A stretch of 38,867 nucleotides of DNA from NCBI GenBank assembly GCA_035289525.1, contig DATDWU010000027.1, positions 1 to 38,867 of the forward strand, in the 5' to 3' direction. Of this stretch, positions 31,859 through 38,867 are shown piece after piece; position 1 is the stretch's first letter; each line of letters starts with the position of its first letter. The notes under the pieces were generated by a model. The model was not told the origin of the DNA, did not search any database, and saw only the letters and a list, made by a program, of their open reading frames with translations. Origin of the DNA: Patescibacteria group bacterium. GTDB taxonomy: Bacteria; Patescibacteriota; Microgenomatia; Daviesbacterales; UBA10151. Both the position numbers and the translations under genes were made by a program.

Positions 31859-32533
31859 ATGCGAAAGATACTGTCCATTCTTGTTGCTGTTGCGCTTTTA
31901 ACCCCTCTTTATCCTGTATACGCCCAGGGTTCTCAGCCGGTAATGACCCGCCCTCCAAAGACTGCTACTGCTCCCGGATTATTAAAGCCCCGGGATATTA
32001 ATGCCGTCGAAAAAAGAATGGATAAGGTTGAAGACCGCCTGGCCTCTCTCAAGGATAGAATGGCGTCAAGAGCCGCCGAACTTCGAAAAAAACTGGATAA
32101 ATTCAGAGATAAAGTCAAAGCCGGTAGAGTTGAGGCCATAAATAATAACTTAAATACCATAAACAGCCGCCGGACTTCCCAGATGCAGGAAGCATTGCAA
32201 AAAATAGCCAATGTTTTAGAGAGAATAAAAACTAAAACCGCGGAAACCGGAAGCGCGGGTAAGGATGTTACCGCGGTAAATGCCGCTATAGCTACTCTGG
32301 AGACGGAATGGGCACAGGCCGACGCAGCAATTAAGGCCCAGGCGGATAAGGACTATTCAGTTGTGGTTAATACTGAGTCAACGGTTAAGGCCGATGCTTC
32401 CTCGGCCAGGGACAGTTTAAAAACAGATTTGCAGGCAACCCATACCCAGCTTGTAGAAGCAAGACAGGCACTTGCAAAGGCTCTAAGTACTGCGTTAAGC
32501 TCTATATCAGGAGGTGCTAATGGATCCGAGTAA
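31859..32533 (+). CDS. Secreted coiled-coil protein
   Basis: Signal peptide MRKILSILVAVALLTPLYPVYAQG, then long amphipathic helical repeats. Confidence 0.5.
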   Translation: MRKILSILVAVALLTPLYPVYAQGSQPVMTRPPKTATAPGLLKPRDINAVEKRMDKVEDRLASLKDRMASRAAELRKKLDKFRDKVKAGRVEAINNNLNTINSRRTSQMQEALQKIANVLERIKTKTAETGSAGKDVTAVNAAIATLETEWAQADAAIKAQADKDYSVVVNTESTVKADASSARDSLKTDLQATHTQLVEARQALAKALSTALSSISGGANGSE

Positions 32534-32999
32534 CCCAAATTCAGCAACAGATACTCCGGCTACTTCCCCGAATTCGGGAATGCCACAACCCTTAAGCACT
32601 TCCGGGCCGGTTGGTATGGGATCAGGCGATACTGCCGATCCGGCTTCCAGCAGTATTCCGGTTGGAGAGGGTCTGCCTTCTCAGATGCCGGGAAATCCCC
32701 AGGTTACTACTGCTTCGGGCGGGGGGAAGAAGTGGATGGTGATTATCATTATTATTTTAGTTTTGGCAATTTTAGCAGTCGGGGGATATTTCTTTTACAC
32801 CAGTTACAATAAAGGAAGCAGTCAGGCTCCGGTTACCGACACCCAATCAACCCAGCAAACTCAGGATTTAACAAATTTAAAGAATGAGGCGGATAATATT
32901 CAGATTACCGATCCGGCAGGTGATTTAAACGAAGTTGACAGCCAGATTAATTTGCTGGAAGCAACTCCGGCTTCGTCCGCAGCTAAAACAGCAAAATAA
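32520..32999 (+). CDS. Membrane-anchored protein with a Pro/Ser-rich N-terminus
   Basis: ATG at 32520 lies 5 nt after GGAGG (32510-32514). One TM helix (WMVIIIIILVLAILAVGGYFFY). Overlaps the upstream gene by 14 nt. Confidence 0.5.
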   Translation: MDPSNPNSATDTPATSPNSGMPQPLSTSGPVGMGSGDTADPASSSIPVGEGLPSQMPGNPQVTTASGGGKKWMVIIIIILVLAILAVGGYFFYTSYNKGSSQAPVTDTQSTQQTQDLTNLKNEADNIQITDPAGDLNEVDSQINLLEATPASSAAKTAK

Positions 33000-33125
33000 C
33001 ACTTTCTGAAGATGCTTCATCGGTATAAATTCCCATAATCGGATGATGGCTTTGGTAAAAAATTCGTAAAGATTAATCCATCCGACAAGTGTATTTTTAA
33101 AACTATCCTGGGGGTCAATTAATAG

Positions 33126-33590
33126 CTAAGGGGTTAGTAAGTGCCTGGTAGATGAAGATAACCCCGGTGTAACCGAAGGCGGATGCAGCCGGCAAAGCCA
33201 CTCCCTGTCTTCTCCCGGAAGTAATAATTTTATTCCTCTTTCAGATCTCATATGGCCGTGAGTTACAAGAAATCTACTAAATTGGTTCGGGTCTAAGTTA
33301 GGATCAGCCGGATTTGCTGCCGCTGCTTTTAATATCATTTGCTTCATTGAATTGGGATCAATTTGGGGAATGACCCAAACCAAATCATTTAAAAGTTCCA
33401 GTGATGCATCGATAACAAATCCTCTATAAAGGCCTCCCGATCCGCTTATTTCCCTTAATCGGTATGGCCTAAGTTCCGTATGGGCAGGTAAGTTTTCAAC
33501 ATAAACGCCTGCAGATCCAAGTACATGTCTTGCAGTATATTCTCTTACACCGGGATAGCCGCCGGGTGCTTCAACTGTGTATTTAGACAT
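33126..33590 (-). CDS. Hypothetical protein (orphan)
   Basis: Intact 154-aa ORF with its own promoter. No motif recognised. Confidence 0.4.
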   Translation of the reverse strand: MSKYTVEAPGGYPGVREYTARHVLGSAGVYVENLPAHTELRPYRLREISGSGGLYRGFVIDASLELLNDLVWVIPQIDPNSMKQMILKAAAANPADPNLDPNQFSRFLVTHGHMRSERGIKLLLPGEDREWLCRLHPPSVTPGLSSSTRHLLTP

Positions 33591-33596
33591 GGAAGA

Positions 33597-33625
33597 AGTA
33601 TAAATTTAGCATCTACAATTGTAAA
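33597..33625 (-). promoter_or_regulatory. Sigma70-like promoter (TTTACA-17-TATACT), 6 nt from the ATG at 33590
   Basis: Minus strand reads TTTACAattgtagatgctaaattTATACTtcttccATG. Confidence 0.5.
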
Positions 33626-33692
33626 TATCCATCTAATAGCGCTTTCAACTCTTCAAATAGTTGCAATTAACTACCCGGAATCATATGTTATA

Positions 33693-34556
33693 ATGAATTT
33701 TGTGAGTAAAAGTTTTCTTTTCTTCTCATTTATACTCCTGACTCTATTCCTGGTGACCCCGGTATTAGCTTTTAATAAACCTGTTCCTCCGAAAGCTCCG
33801 TCAGCTCCATCTGCACCTGAAGTCCCGGCTCCGCCTGATGTTGATGGTATTTATGATGTACCGGAGCGTCCGGGTATGAAAGTCAAAGTTTTTGCCCATC
33901 CTGCTAAACCGAAAACACCGCCTAAACCGGGCAGTTCGCCGTCTCCCTCGCCATCTGCTGCAGTCTCTAATTTATTGGCCTGCGGGTTAACAGATCCGGA
34001 CTCATCCTCGGTTGTTACTAAAGCCGGCTGGAAAATTCCGGCAGGAAATATAACTTATCTATTAAATACGTCCAGCGTTCCTACCTCGGTTGGAAAAACT
34101 AATCTGCCGGCAATCGTAAAAGCCGGTTTTGACCAATATAATCTGGCTACCGGGGGAATAGTTAATTTTGTGAAGGGACCGGATACGACTGTGAGCCGGG
34201 CCAGGCTGGATGGCAAAAATATCGTCACTTGGGGCAGGGCAAGTTCGGGTACGCTGGGGGTTACTTATATTTGGTACTACCCTTCGACCGGTTTGGCGGT
34301 GGAGATTGATACTGTTATGAATACCAGATATAAGTGGACCTGGTCAAATTCGAATTCCTGTGCGGATAGCACCACCTATGATGCTCAAAATATTATGACG
34401 CACGAACTTGGCCACTGGTTAGGACTTTCCGATGAATATAACGCCGGAGCTTTTTCCAACAATACGATGTACGGCTATGGATCCGTTAACGAGGTCAAGA
34501 AAAACACACTGACTACTGGTGATATTTCCGGAGTTGCCGCTATTTATTCTCCTTAA
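33693..34556 (+). CDS. Secreted metzincin zinc metalloprotease (matrixin/snapalysin-like)
   Basis: HELGHWLGLSDEY (HExxHxxGxxD) plus Met-turn NNTMYGY. Signal peptide starts at ATG 33693 (MNFVSKSFLFFSFILLTLFLVTPVLA), followed by a Pro-rich linker. Confidence 0.7.
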   Translation: MNFVSKSFLFFSFILLTLFLVTPVLAFNKPVPPKAPSAPSAPEVPAPPDVDGIYDVPERPGMKVKVFAHPAKPKTPPKPGSSPSPSPSAAVSNLLACGLTDPDSSSVVTKAGWKIPAGNITYLLNTSSVPTSVGKTNLPAIVKAGFDQYNLATGGIVNFVKGPDTTVSRARLDGKNIVTWGRASSGTLGVTYIWYYPSTGLAVEIDTVMNTRYKWTWSNSNSCADSTTYDAQNIMTHELGHWLGLSDEYNAGAFSNNTMYGYGSVNEVKKNTLTTGDISGVAAIYSP

Positions 34557-34603
34557 GTGATAGATATCACAAACTCTTCATTACTCTCTGGTATACTACA
34601 AGG

Positions 34604-35089
34604 ATGTTAATAAAATACGTTTACGTTGTCTTTCTAGGATTAATTTTAGCCACTTTCGTCGGTGTGGGTATAGCAGCTTTTTACAAAGGTCCGGTTTATC
34701 CCGAAACACCGGTTTCTTTAAAATATGCCAGGCCATACCCAGAGAGCACCATGGCGACCCCTTCGGCCGATTATATCAGGGAACAGGAAGCTTTTGATGC
34801 AAAGAGCAAAAAATTCCAGACGGCAACCGAAAATTATAACCGTTATGTTTCGATGATAGCTTTGGGCTTTGCCATAGTTATGCTTGTCATCAGCCTGGTT
34901 TTCTTTAAGAAAATTCCGGTTATTGCAGACGGTGTGCTGTTGGGAGGAGTTCTTACCTTAGGTTATTCGGTTGTCCGTGGGTTTAATACTAATGATGATG
35001 TTTACAGATTCCTGGTTGTCGGCGCCGGACTGATTACGGCTATGGTTTTAGGTTACCTTAAATTCGTCGCACCGCAAAGTAAAGAGTAG
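34604..35089 (+). CDS. Hypothetical membrane protein (3-4 TM)
   Basis: Hydrophobic helices at the N-terminus, middle and C-terminus. No motif recognised. Confidence 0.45.
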   Translation: MLIKYVYVVFLGLILATFVGVGIAAFYKGPVYPETPVSLKYARPYPESTMATPSADYIREQEAFDAKSKKFQTATENYNRYVSMIALGFAIVMLVISLVFFKKIPVIADGVLLGGVLTLGYSVVRGFNTNDDVYRFLVVGAGLITAMVLGYLKFVAPQSKE

Positions 35090-35094
35090 CAGTA

Positions 35095-35316
35095 TTATTT
35101 TAACTTCTTTAGAAAATCTTCAGTTGTTATTCCTGCCCGTTTAATCTGGGCTTTTAAAAGGAAAGGTGCAACTTCTTTATGTAATGGAATTGATAGGGAA
35201 GGAGAGCCCGGTTTCTGTAATATCGCATGGTCTCCTGAAGTGTGAATGTGAATATATCCGAATTTTAAGAATGTTTTGACTGCTCTCTTGCCGGAGATAT
35301 TGGTTAATTTAGGCAT
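35095..35316 (-). CDS. hicA: Type II toxin HicA (mRNA interferase)
   Basis: KRAVKTFLKFGY....SGDHAILQKPG....IPLHKE......LKAQIKRAGI matches the HicA/YcfA pattern. Confidence 0.8.
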   Translation of the reverse strand: MPKLTNISGKRAVKTFLKFGYIHIHTSGDHAILQKPGSPSLSIPLHKEVAPFLLKAQIKRAGITTEDFLKKLK

Positions 35317-35554
35317 TAATTACCGGAATAGGAGATTCAACAGATTTTTTCGCAAACTCAGAATGCTTGTCTGATGTTTTGGTGAGCGCTTCCATATAGG
35401 CTTTAATTGCCAGTCCGGCATTATTCAAAGCTTCTTCTTTTGTTTTTCCTTGAGACATACATCCATAAAGATTTACAACATCAGCGACGTATCCGTCATA
35501 TTCTTTATCAAAGGTTAATTTAATAATGTAATCTAACTTGTTCAGTTTCATCAA
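35309..35554 (-). CDS. hicB: HicB-like antitoxin (UPF0150 fold)
   Basis: YDGYVADVVNLYGCMSQGKTKEEALNNAGLAIKAYMEAL. Overlaps hicA by 8 nt. Confidence 0.7.
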   Translation of the reverse strand: MMKLNKLDYIIKLTFDKEYDGYVADVVNLYGCMSQGKTKEEALNNAGLAIKAYMEALTKTSDKHSEFAKKSVESPIPVINA

Positions 35555-35595
35555 ATCATTATAACACGGCTGAAAAGAGCAATAAGTTGTTAAAC

Positions 35596-35624
35596 TTGCT
35601 TATTTAAAACATATAGGCTATAAT
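35596..35624 (+). promoter_or_regulatory. Sigma70-like promoter (TTGCTT-17-TATAAT) giving a leader of about 200 nt for the helicase gene
   Basis: ttgctt at 35596-35601, a 17-nt spacer, tataat at 35619-35624. Confidence 0.45.
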
Positions 35625-35778
35625 TACCAAAGTTGATTAAGAATTCGAGTCATTAGAATTACTCCTTAGGGAAAACATTCATATTGGCTCCAAAGATTTT
35701 TCGGAGCAATCCAGTTATTTCTTTCAAAGCAGGTTTTTTAAATTCTGCAAAATATTTCTTTTCAATTAATTTAAGTTA

Positions 35779-35824
35779 TCTTCTTCATCTTCTCAAGCTT
35801 TGCTTGGATAAAAGATGAAGAAGA
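35779..35824 (+). promoter_or_regulatory. Perfect 13-bp stem-loop ending 7 nt before the DEAD-box helicase start codon
   Basis: tcttcttcatctt (35779-35791) pairs with aagatgaagaaga (35812-35824). The 20-nt apical region contains a further 5-bp helix, caagc-ttt-gcttg. Confidence 0.55.
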
Positions 35825-35831
35825 ACCTAAT

Positions 35832-37034
35832 ATGTACAACAACAGATACCGCAGTTTTAATAAGTCAAAAATGGGCTCTTTCGGCAAACGGACATTTGGC
35901 GGACGCCGGAGAAATTACGCCAACCAGTTTGGGTTGGATGCCAGTTTATTTGTCAAAAAAGCCACCTTTGACCCTCAGGATGAATTAACTTACACTCCCC
36001 ACAACAGTTTTTCCGATTTTGCAATTTCCACACCTTTAAAAAATAATATCCTGGGCAAAGGATATACGGAGCCGACTCCGATTCAGGATCAGGCTATTGA
36101 ACCGATTTTGGAAGGACGCGATTTAATAGGTCTGGCTAATACCGGAACAGGAAAAACCGCCGCCTTTTTAATCCCGATTATTGACCAGATCTTCAGAAAC
36201 AGGAATAAGCAGGCTTTAATTATTGCCCCGACCAGGGAACTGGCAGTCCAAATTAACCAGGAACTGAGAAGCTTTTCCCACGGGATGAGAATATATTCGG
36301 CTTTAATAATCGGCGGAACTAATGCCCAAAGGCAAATCCATGATTTAAGAAGAAACCCCAACGTTGTAATTGGTACGCCCGGTCGGCTGCGTGATTTAAT
36401 CGAAAGACGGGTTCTCCATCTTGAAGATTTTTCCATTTTTGTTTTGGATGAAGTTGATTTAATGGTGGATATCGGTTTTATTGATGATGTTAAATATTTC
36501 TGCACACTTTTACCCAAAGAGCGCCAGTCGCTATTTTTCTCAGCCACCATTTCACCTAAAATCAGGCTGGTTTTGGACATTTTTGTCAACGATCCGGTAA
36601 CAGTTTCTGTTAAAAAACAGGATACTTCGGAAAATGTTGACCAGGATGTCATTAAAGTTATCAGCCGGGAGAAAAAAGTTGACCAGCTTCATGATGTTTT
36701 AATCAAGGATGGTTTTGAAAAAGTGCTGGTTTTCGGCCGGACTAAACACAGCGTCGATAATTTATACAAGGAATTGGTTTACCGGGGCTTTAAAGCCGGA
36801 GCGATCCACGGCAATAAATCACAGGGTCAAAGAATGAGGGTCCTGGAAAGCTTTAAACAAAACGAGATTCAGATTTTACTGGCAACAGATGTTGCTTCCC
36901 GAGGTCTGGATATTCCGGACGTGACTCATGTTATTAATTATGAAATGCCGGAGTCTTACGGCGATTACATCCACAGAATAGGCCGCACCGGCAGGGCCAA
37001 CAAAAAAGGCATGGCCCTAACCTTCATAGATTAG
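35832..37034 (+). CDS. DEAD-box ATP-dependent RNA helicase
   Basis: Q motif TPIQ, motif I ANTGTGKTAAF, PTRELA, motif II VLDEVD (DEVD variant), SAT, and HRIGRTGR. Confidence 0.9.
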   Translation: MYNNRYRSFNKSKMGSFGKRTFGGRRRNYANQFGLDASLFVKKATFDPQDELTYTPHNSFSDFAISTPLKNNILGKGYTEPTPIQDQAIEPILEGRDLIGLANTGTGKTAAFLIPIIDQIFRNRNKQALIIAPTRELAVQINQELRSFSHGMRIYSALIIGGTNAQRQIHDLRRNPNVVIGTPGRLRDLIERRVLHLEDFSIFVLDEVDLMVDIGFIDDVKYFCTLLPKERQSLFFSATISPKIRLVLDIFVNDPVTVSVKKQDTSENVDQDVIKVISREKKVDQLHDVLIKDGFEKVLVFGRTKHSVDNLYKELVYRGFKAGAIHGNKSQGQRMRVLESFKQNEIQILLATDVASRGLDIPDVTHVINYEMPESYGDYIHRIGRTGRANKKGMALTFID

Positions 37035-37138
37035 ATATTAACCGTTGTTTAAGAGCGGAAAAAAAGGTATAATAAATCATCACCAAGATCGAAGAAACAA
37101 GAAGGAAAAGACTCGCCACAGAACCTCAGGGGTTTACT

Positions 37139-37474
37139 TTGGAAACTGACGGAGAATTTTACAACTGCTTAATTTGCCACGCTTCAATATCGGGAGAGAC
37201 GGGATGGTGGGACTTAAATGGTGTTAAATGTTTAGCCTGTCAGAAAGCAATTGAACTCGGAATAATCCCCAGTTATGTCTGCCGGGACCGGACAAGCTGG
37301 TACGCAACTTACGAACTGGTTAATAAATTCAAAATTTCACCTTCAGTCATCGGCAGTATGGTCAGGGAGGGTAAGTTAAAATCCCGGAAAATTAAAGCTA
37401 TCTCCGGCCCGACCAGTTTTGAAATCTTTTTAAAGCAGGAAAACGAAATATTAAGCGAATATACCCGGCACTAA
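37139..37474 (+). CDS. Hypothetical zinc-ribbon protein (start codon uncertain)
   Basis: CLIC...CLAC four-Cys motif. The only in-frame start is TTG at 37139, and the frame is open from 37076. A TATAAT lies at 37068-37073. Confidence 0.35.
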   Translation: METDGEFYNCLICHASISGETGWWDLNGVKCLACQKAIELGIIPSYVCRDRTSWYATYELVNKFKISPSVIGSMVREGKLKSRKIKAISGPTSFEIFLKQENEILSEYTRH

Positions 37475-37538
37475 TTCCCGGAAAAACCCACCCCCCAACA
37501 AAATTGACTAATGTATTGGAGTTTACTAAGCTGAAGTT

Positions 37539-38024
37539 ATGTCTGAAGCGGGAATAACGACTGAAGATTTATCGCCTGTTCGAAGGGATGGCGAAAGCCG
37601 GAGAGCTAAGCTTCTGGGTTGGTTAAACCGAAAGGTCGGACTGTGGCCTAAACCGGAACTCAAAATTGAATCACAGCAGACTATGGAAGCTCCACTGCCT
37701 GTTGCCGGAGGGGAAACAGATAGTGAGCCCGAAACTCAGGCTGTCAAGGGTAAATGGAAACCAACTGACTCTGCTATAAGGGTCGCCAGGGCGGAACAAG
37801 CGGAACCTGTAAGGGATGCAGAAGGACATACCCCACGGGATAGGGCAAATTTAATAGCCGGCCACGGCGGCCCGCCAAACGAACTTGAGTCTCTGAATAG
37901 AAATGATGAGCTTATTGCATTGGCTGCAGCGGGTGTGGCCCGCCAGAAAGTGGAAAGTGAAAGACCCAAAAAGCCTACTTCGTCCCGGCAGCCAGTCAAG
38001 TCTTTTGTGAGGCGGACTGCTTAA
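37539..38024 (+). CDS. Hypothetical low-complexity (likely disordered) protein, locally GC-rich
   Basis: 161-aa ORF rich in E/P/R/A/G. An antisense ORF is also open, which is typical of locally elevated GC. Confidence 0.35.
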   Translation: MSEAGITTEDLSPVRRDGESRRAKLLGWLNRKVGLWPKPELKIESQQTMEAPLPVAGGETDSEPETQAVKGKWKPTDSAIRVARAEQAEPVRDAEGHTPRDRANLIAGHGGPPNELESLNRNDELIALAAAGVARQKVESERPKKPTSSRQPVKSFVRRTA

Positions 38025-38030
38025 ATACGG

Positions 38031-38252
38031 TTATTTATCCAGCTTTATGTTCTCAATGATTTTGGTAATCTCGTTAATTCGGGCATAACCCATCTCGATA
38101 TCCTCGATAGCCATTTTGTAGGCGGCGTTTTCCGATAAATCTCCCATCTGGGCGGCTTCCCCTTTTCTGGTCATAGCATCGGCCAGGGCTTTTTCAGCCT
38201 CGGTAAGCTTCTTCTTCCACATCTCCAGTTTTTGTTTTTGTAAATCGTTCAT
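38031..38252 (-). CDS. Stand-alone GreA/GreB N-terminal coiled-coil domain protein
   Basis: GDLSENAAYKMA matches the Gre tip motif GDLSENAEY, including the two acidic residues. Only 73 aa, with no room for the C-terminal domain before the convergent gene. Confidence 0.55.
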   Translation of the reverse strand: MNDLQKQKLEMWKKKLTEAEKALADAMTRKGEAAQMGDLSENAAYKMAIEDIEMGYARINEITKIIENIKLDK

Positions 38253-38343
38253 ATTATCTTAAGGGGAATTATACACGAGACAGCTTATGTCTTCATAACC
38301 TAAAAGTCAAATTGATTATGGTATTTTGGATTGCGCCGGAAAA

Positions 38344-38709
38344 TTACCTAAAAAATCTCATGTAAAAATATGTCAGCCACTGCATGATAGCTATAACCAT
38401 CAAGACTAAAGAATAACGCTTCAGGTTTTTATATTTGCTTTTTCTATAGCTATTTACCGCAATCCCGAAACTTAATAAATTTAAAAAAGGCACCAGAATT
38501 AATATCGCAAAGAAGATCAATATATTTCTCTCCATAAAAATGTTGACAGAGGTCAAAATATTTTGATCTATGTAATGAAAAAGAGGGTAAACAGGTTTCT
38601 GAGATGCCATTTCATAATACCTACCCCATATATAAATGAATTGGTAGCTATATAAGGCTACAGAAACAGAAAGATAAATAACAGCAGCCTTAAGAGAGAG
38701 TAGCTTCAT
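38344..38709 (-). CDS. Hypothetical membrane protein (4 TM)
   Basis: Hydrophobic helices throughout. No motif recognised. Confidence 0.4.
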   Translation of the reverse strand: MKLLSLKAAVIYLSVSVALYSYQFIYIWGRYYEMASQKPVYPLFHYIDQNILTSVNIFMERNILIFFAILILVPFLNLLSFGIAVNSYRKSKYKNLKRYSLVLMVIAIMQWLTYFYMRFFR

Positions 38710-38867
38710 CTATTAAATTATGGCATATAGGCACGCATTGTCAAATTTACTAAAGTTCCAAACTGTAACATTCTATACTATAGTTATCATTAGGAGCGGG
38801 AGAGAGTATTTGAGACGGTCTTCAGGATTTGTGTAGTGATGGTTCTGAGGAAGTTCAGTACCTGGCG

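Noticed and set aside
38800-38867. Possible 5' part of a structured RNA at the window edge. gaggaagttcag is vaguely like the RNase P GAGGAAAGTCC, and the terminal cctggcg is like a 5S rRNA start.
   Set aside because: The matches are short and imperfect, I could fold no convincing helices, and the feature is truncated by the window end. It cannot be supported.
1-38867. Alternative genetic code (UGA recoding as in SR1/Gracilibacteria) or widespread stop-codon reassignment.
   Set aside because: Conserved proteins (pyk, dinB, msrB, the helicase) are full-length under the standard code, and several end at TGA. The isolated in-frame TAA (12144) and TAG (15877) are single events, better explained as mutations.

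Overview
This is a low-GC (roughly 40%), gene-dense bacterial chromosomal segment. It uses the standard genetic code, since long ORFs are intact and TGA serves as a stop, for example at the end of dinB. The small genes, many orphan ORFs, GT-C, PAP2 and IPT/TIG envelope genes, and the style of the heptamer/nonamer palindromic repeats suggest a reduced-genome Patescibacteria (CPR)-like organism. That assignment is inference only.

I can support about 50 CDS:
- Housekeeping: pyruvate kinase, a UDP-glucuronate decarboxylase-like SDR, DinB, MsrB, TrhO, YhhQ, a DEAD-box helicase, an ABC-2 exporter pair, a PAP2 phosphatase, a D-2-hydroxyacid dehydrogenase, a GT-C glycosyltransferase, and a separate SGNH + AT3 acyltransferase pair.
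- Signalling and regulation: a divergent histidine kinase / REC-TM-bPH response-regulator pair, an HD protein next to a RelA/SpoT-type HD hydrolase, and a DUF2975 + YozG-like HTH pair.
- Toxin-antitoxin: two type II TA loci, one RelE-like and one HicAB.
- Envelope and secreted: a metzincin protease and several envelope proteins.
- About 10 orphan ORFs.

There are three tRNA genes, all on the minus strand: Arg-UCG, His-GUG and Arg-UCU. I see no rRNA, CRISPR array, integrase, transposase or reverse transcriptase.

The most unusual signal is non-coding. Every tRNA gene in the window is accompanied by short, remodelled partial copies of itself. These keep a perfectly conserved 14-17 nt terminal block and have stable hairpins in place of the tRNA body. 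At tRNA-His they are arranged like two stacked att-flanked mini-elements of 125 and 187 bp.

Other points worth a second look:
- A Fic-fold protein with a strongly degenerate active-site motif, next to tRNA-Arg(UCU).
- Two in-frame hairpin-repeat insertions inside dinB.
- Near-consensus promoters placed 5-10 nt from start codons, implying leaderless mRNAs, especially on orphan genes.
- A stand-alone GreA N-terminal coiled coil.
- A 13-bp hairpin abutting the start codon of the DEAD-box helicase.

All family assignments come from motif recognition by eye. No database search was run.
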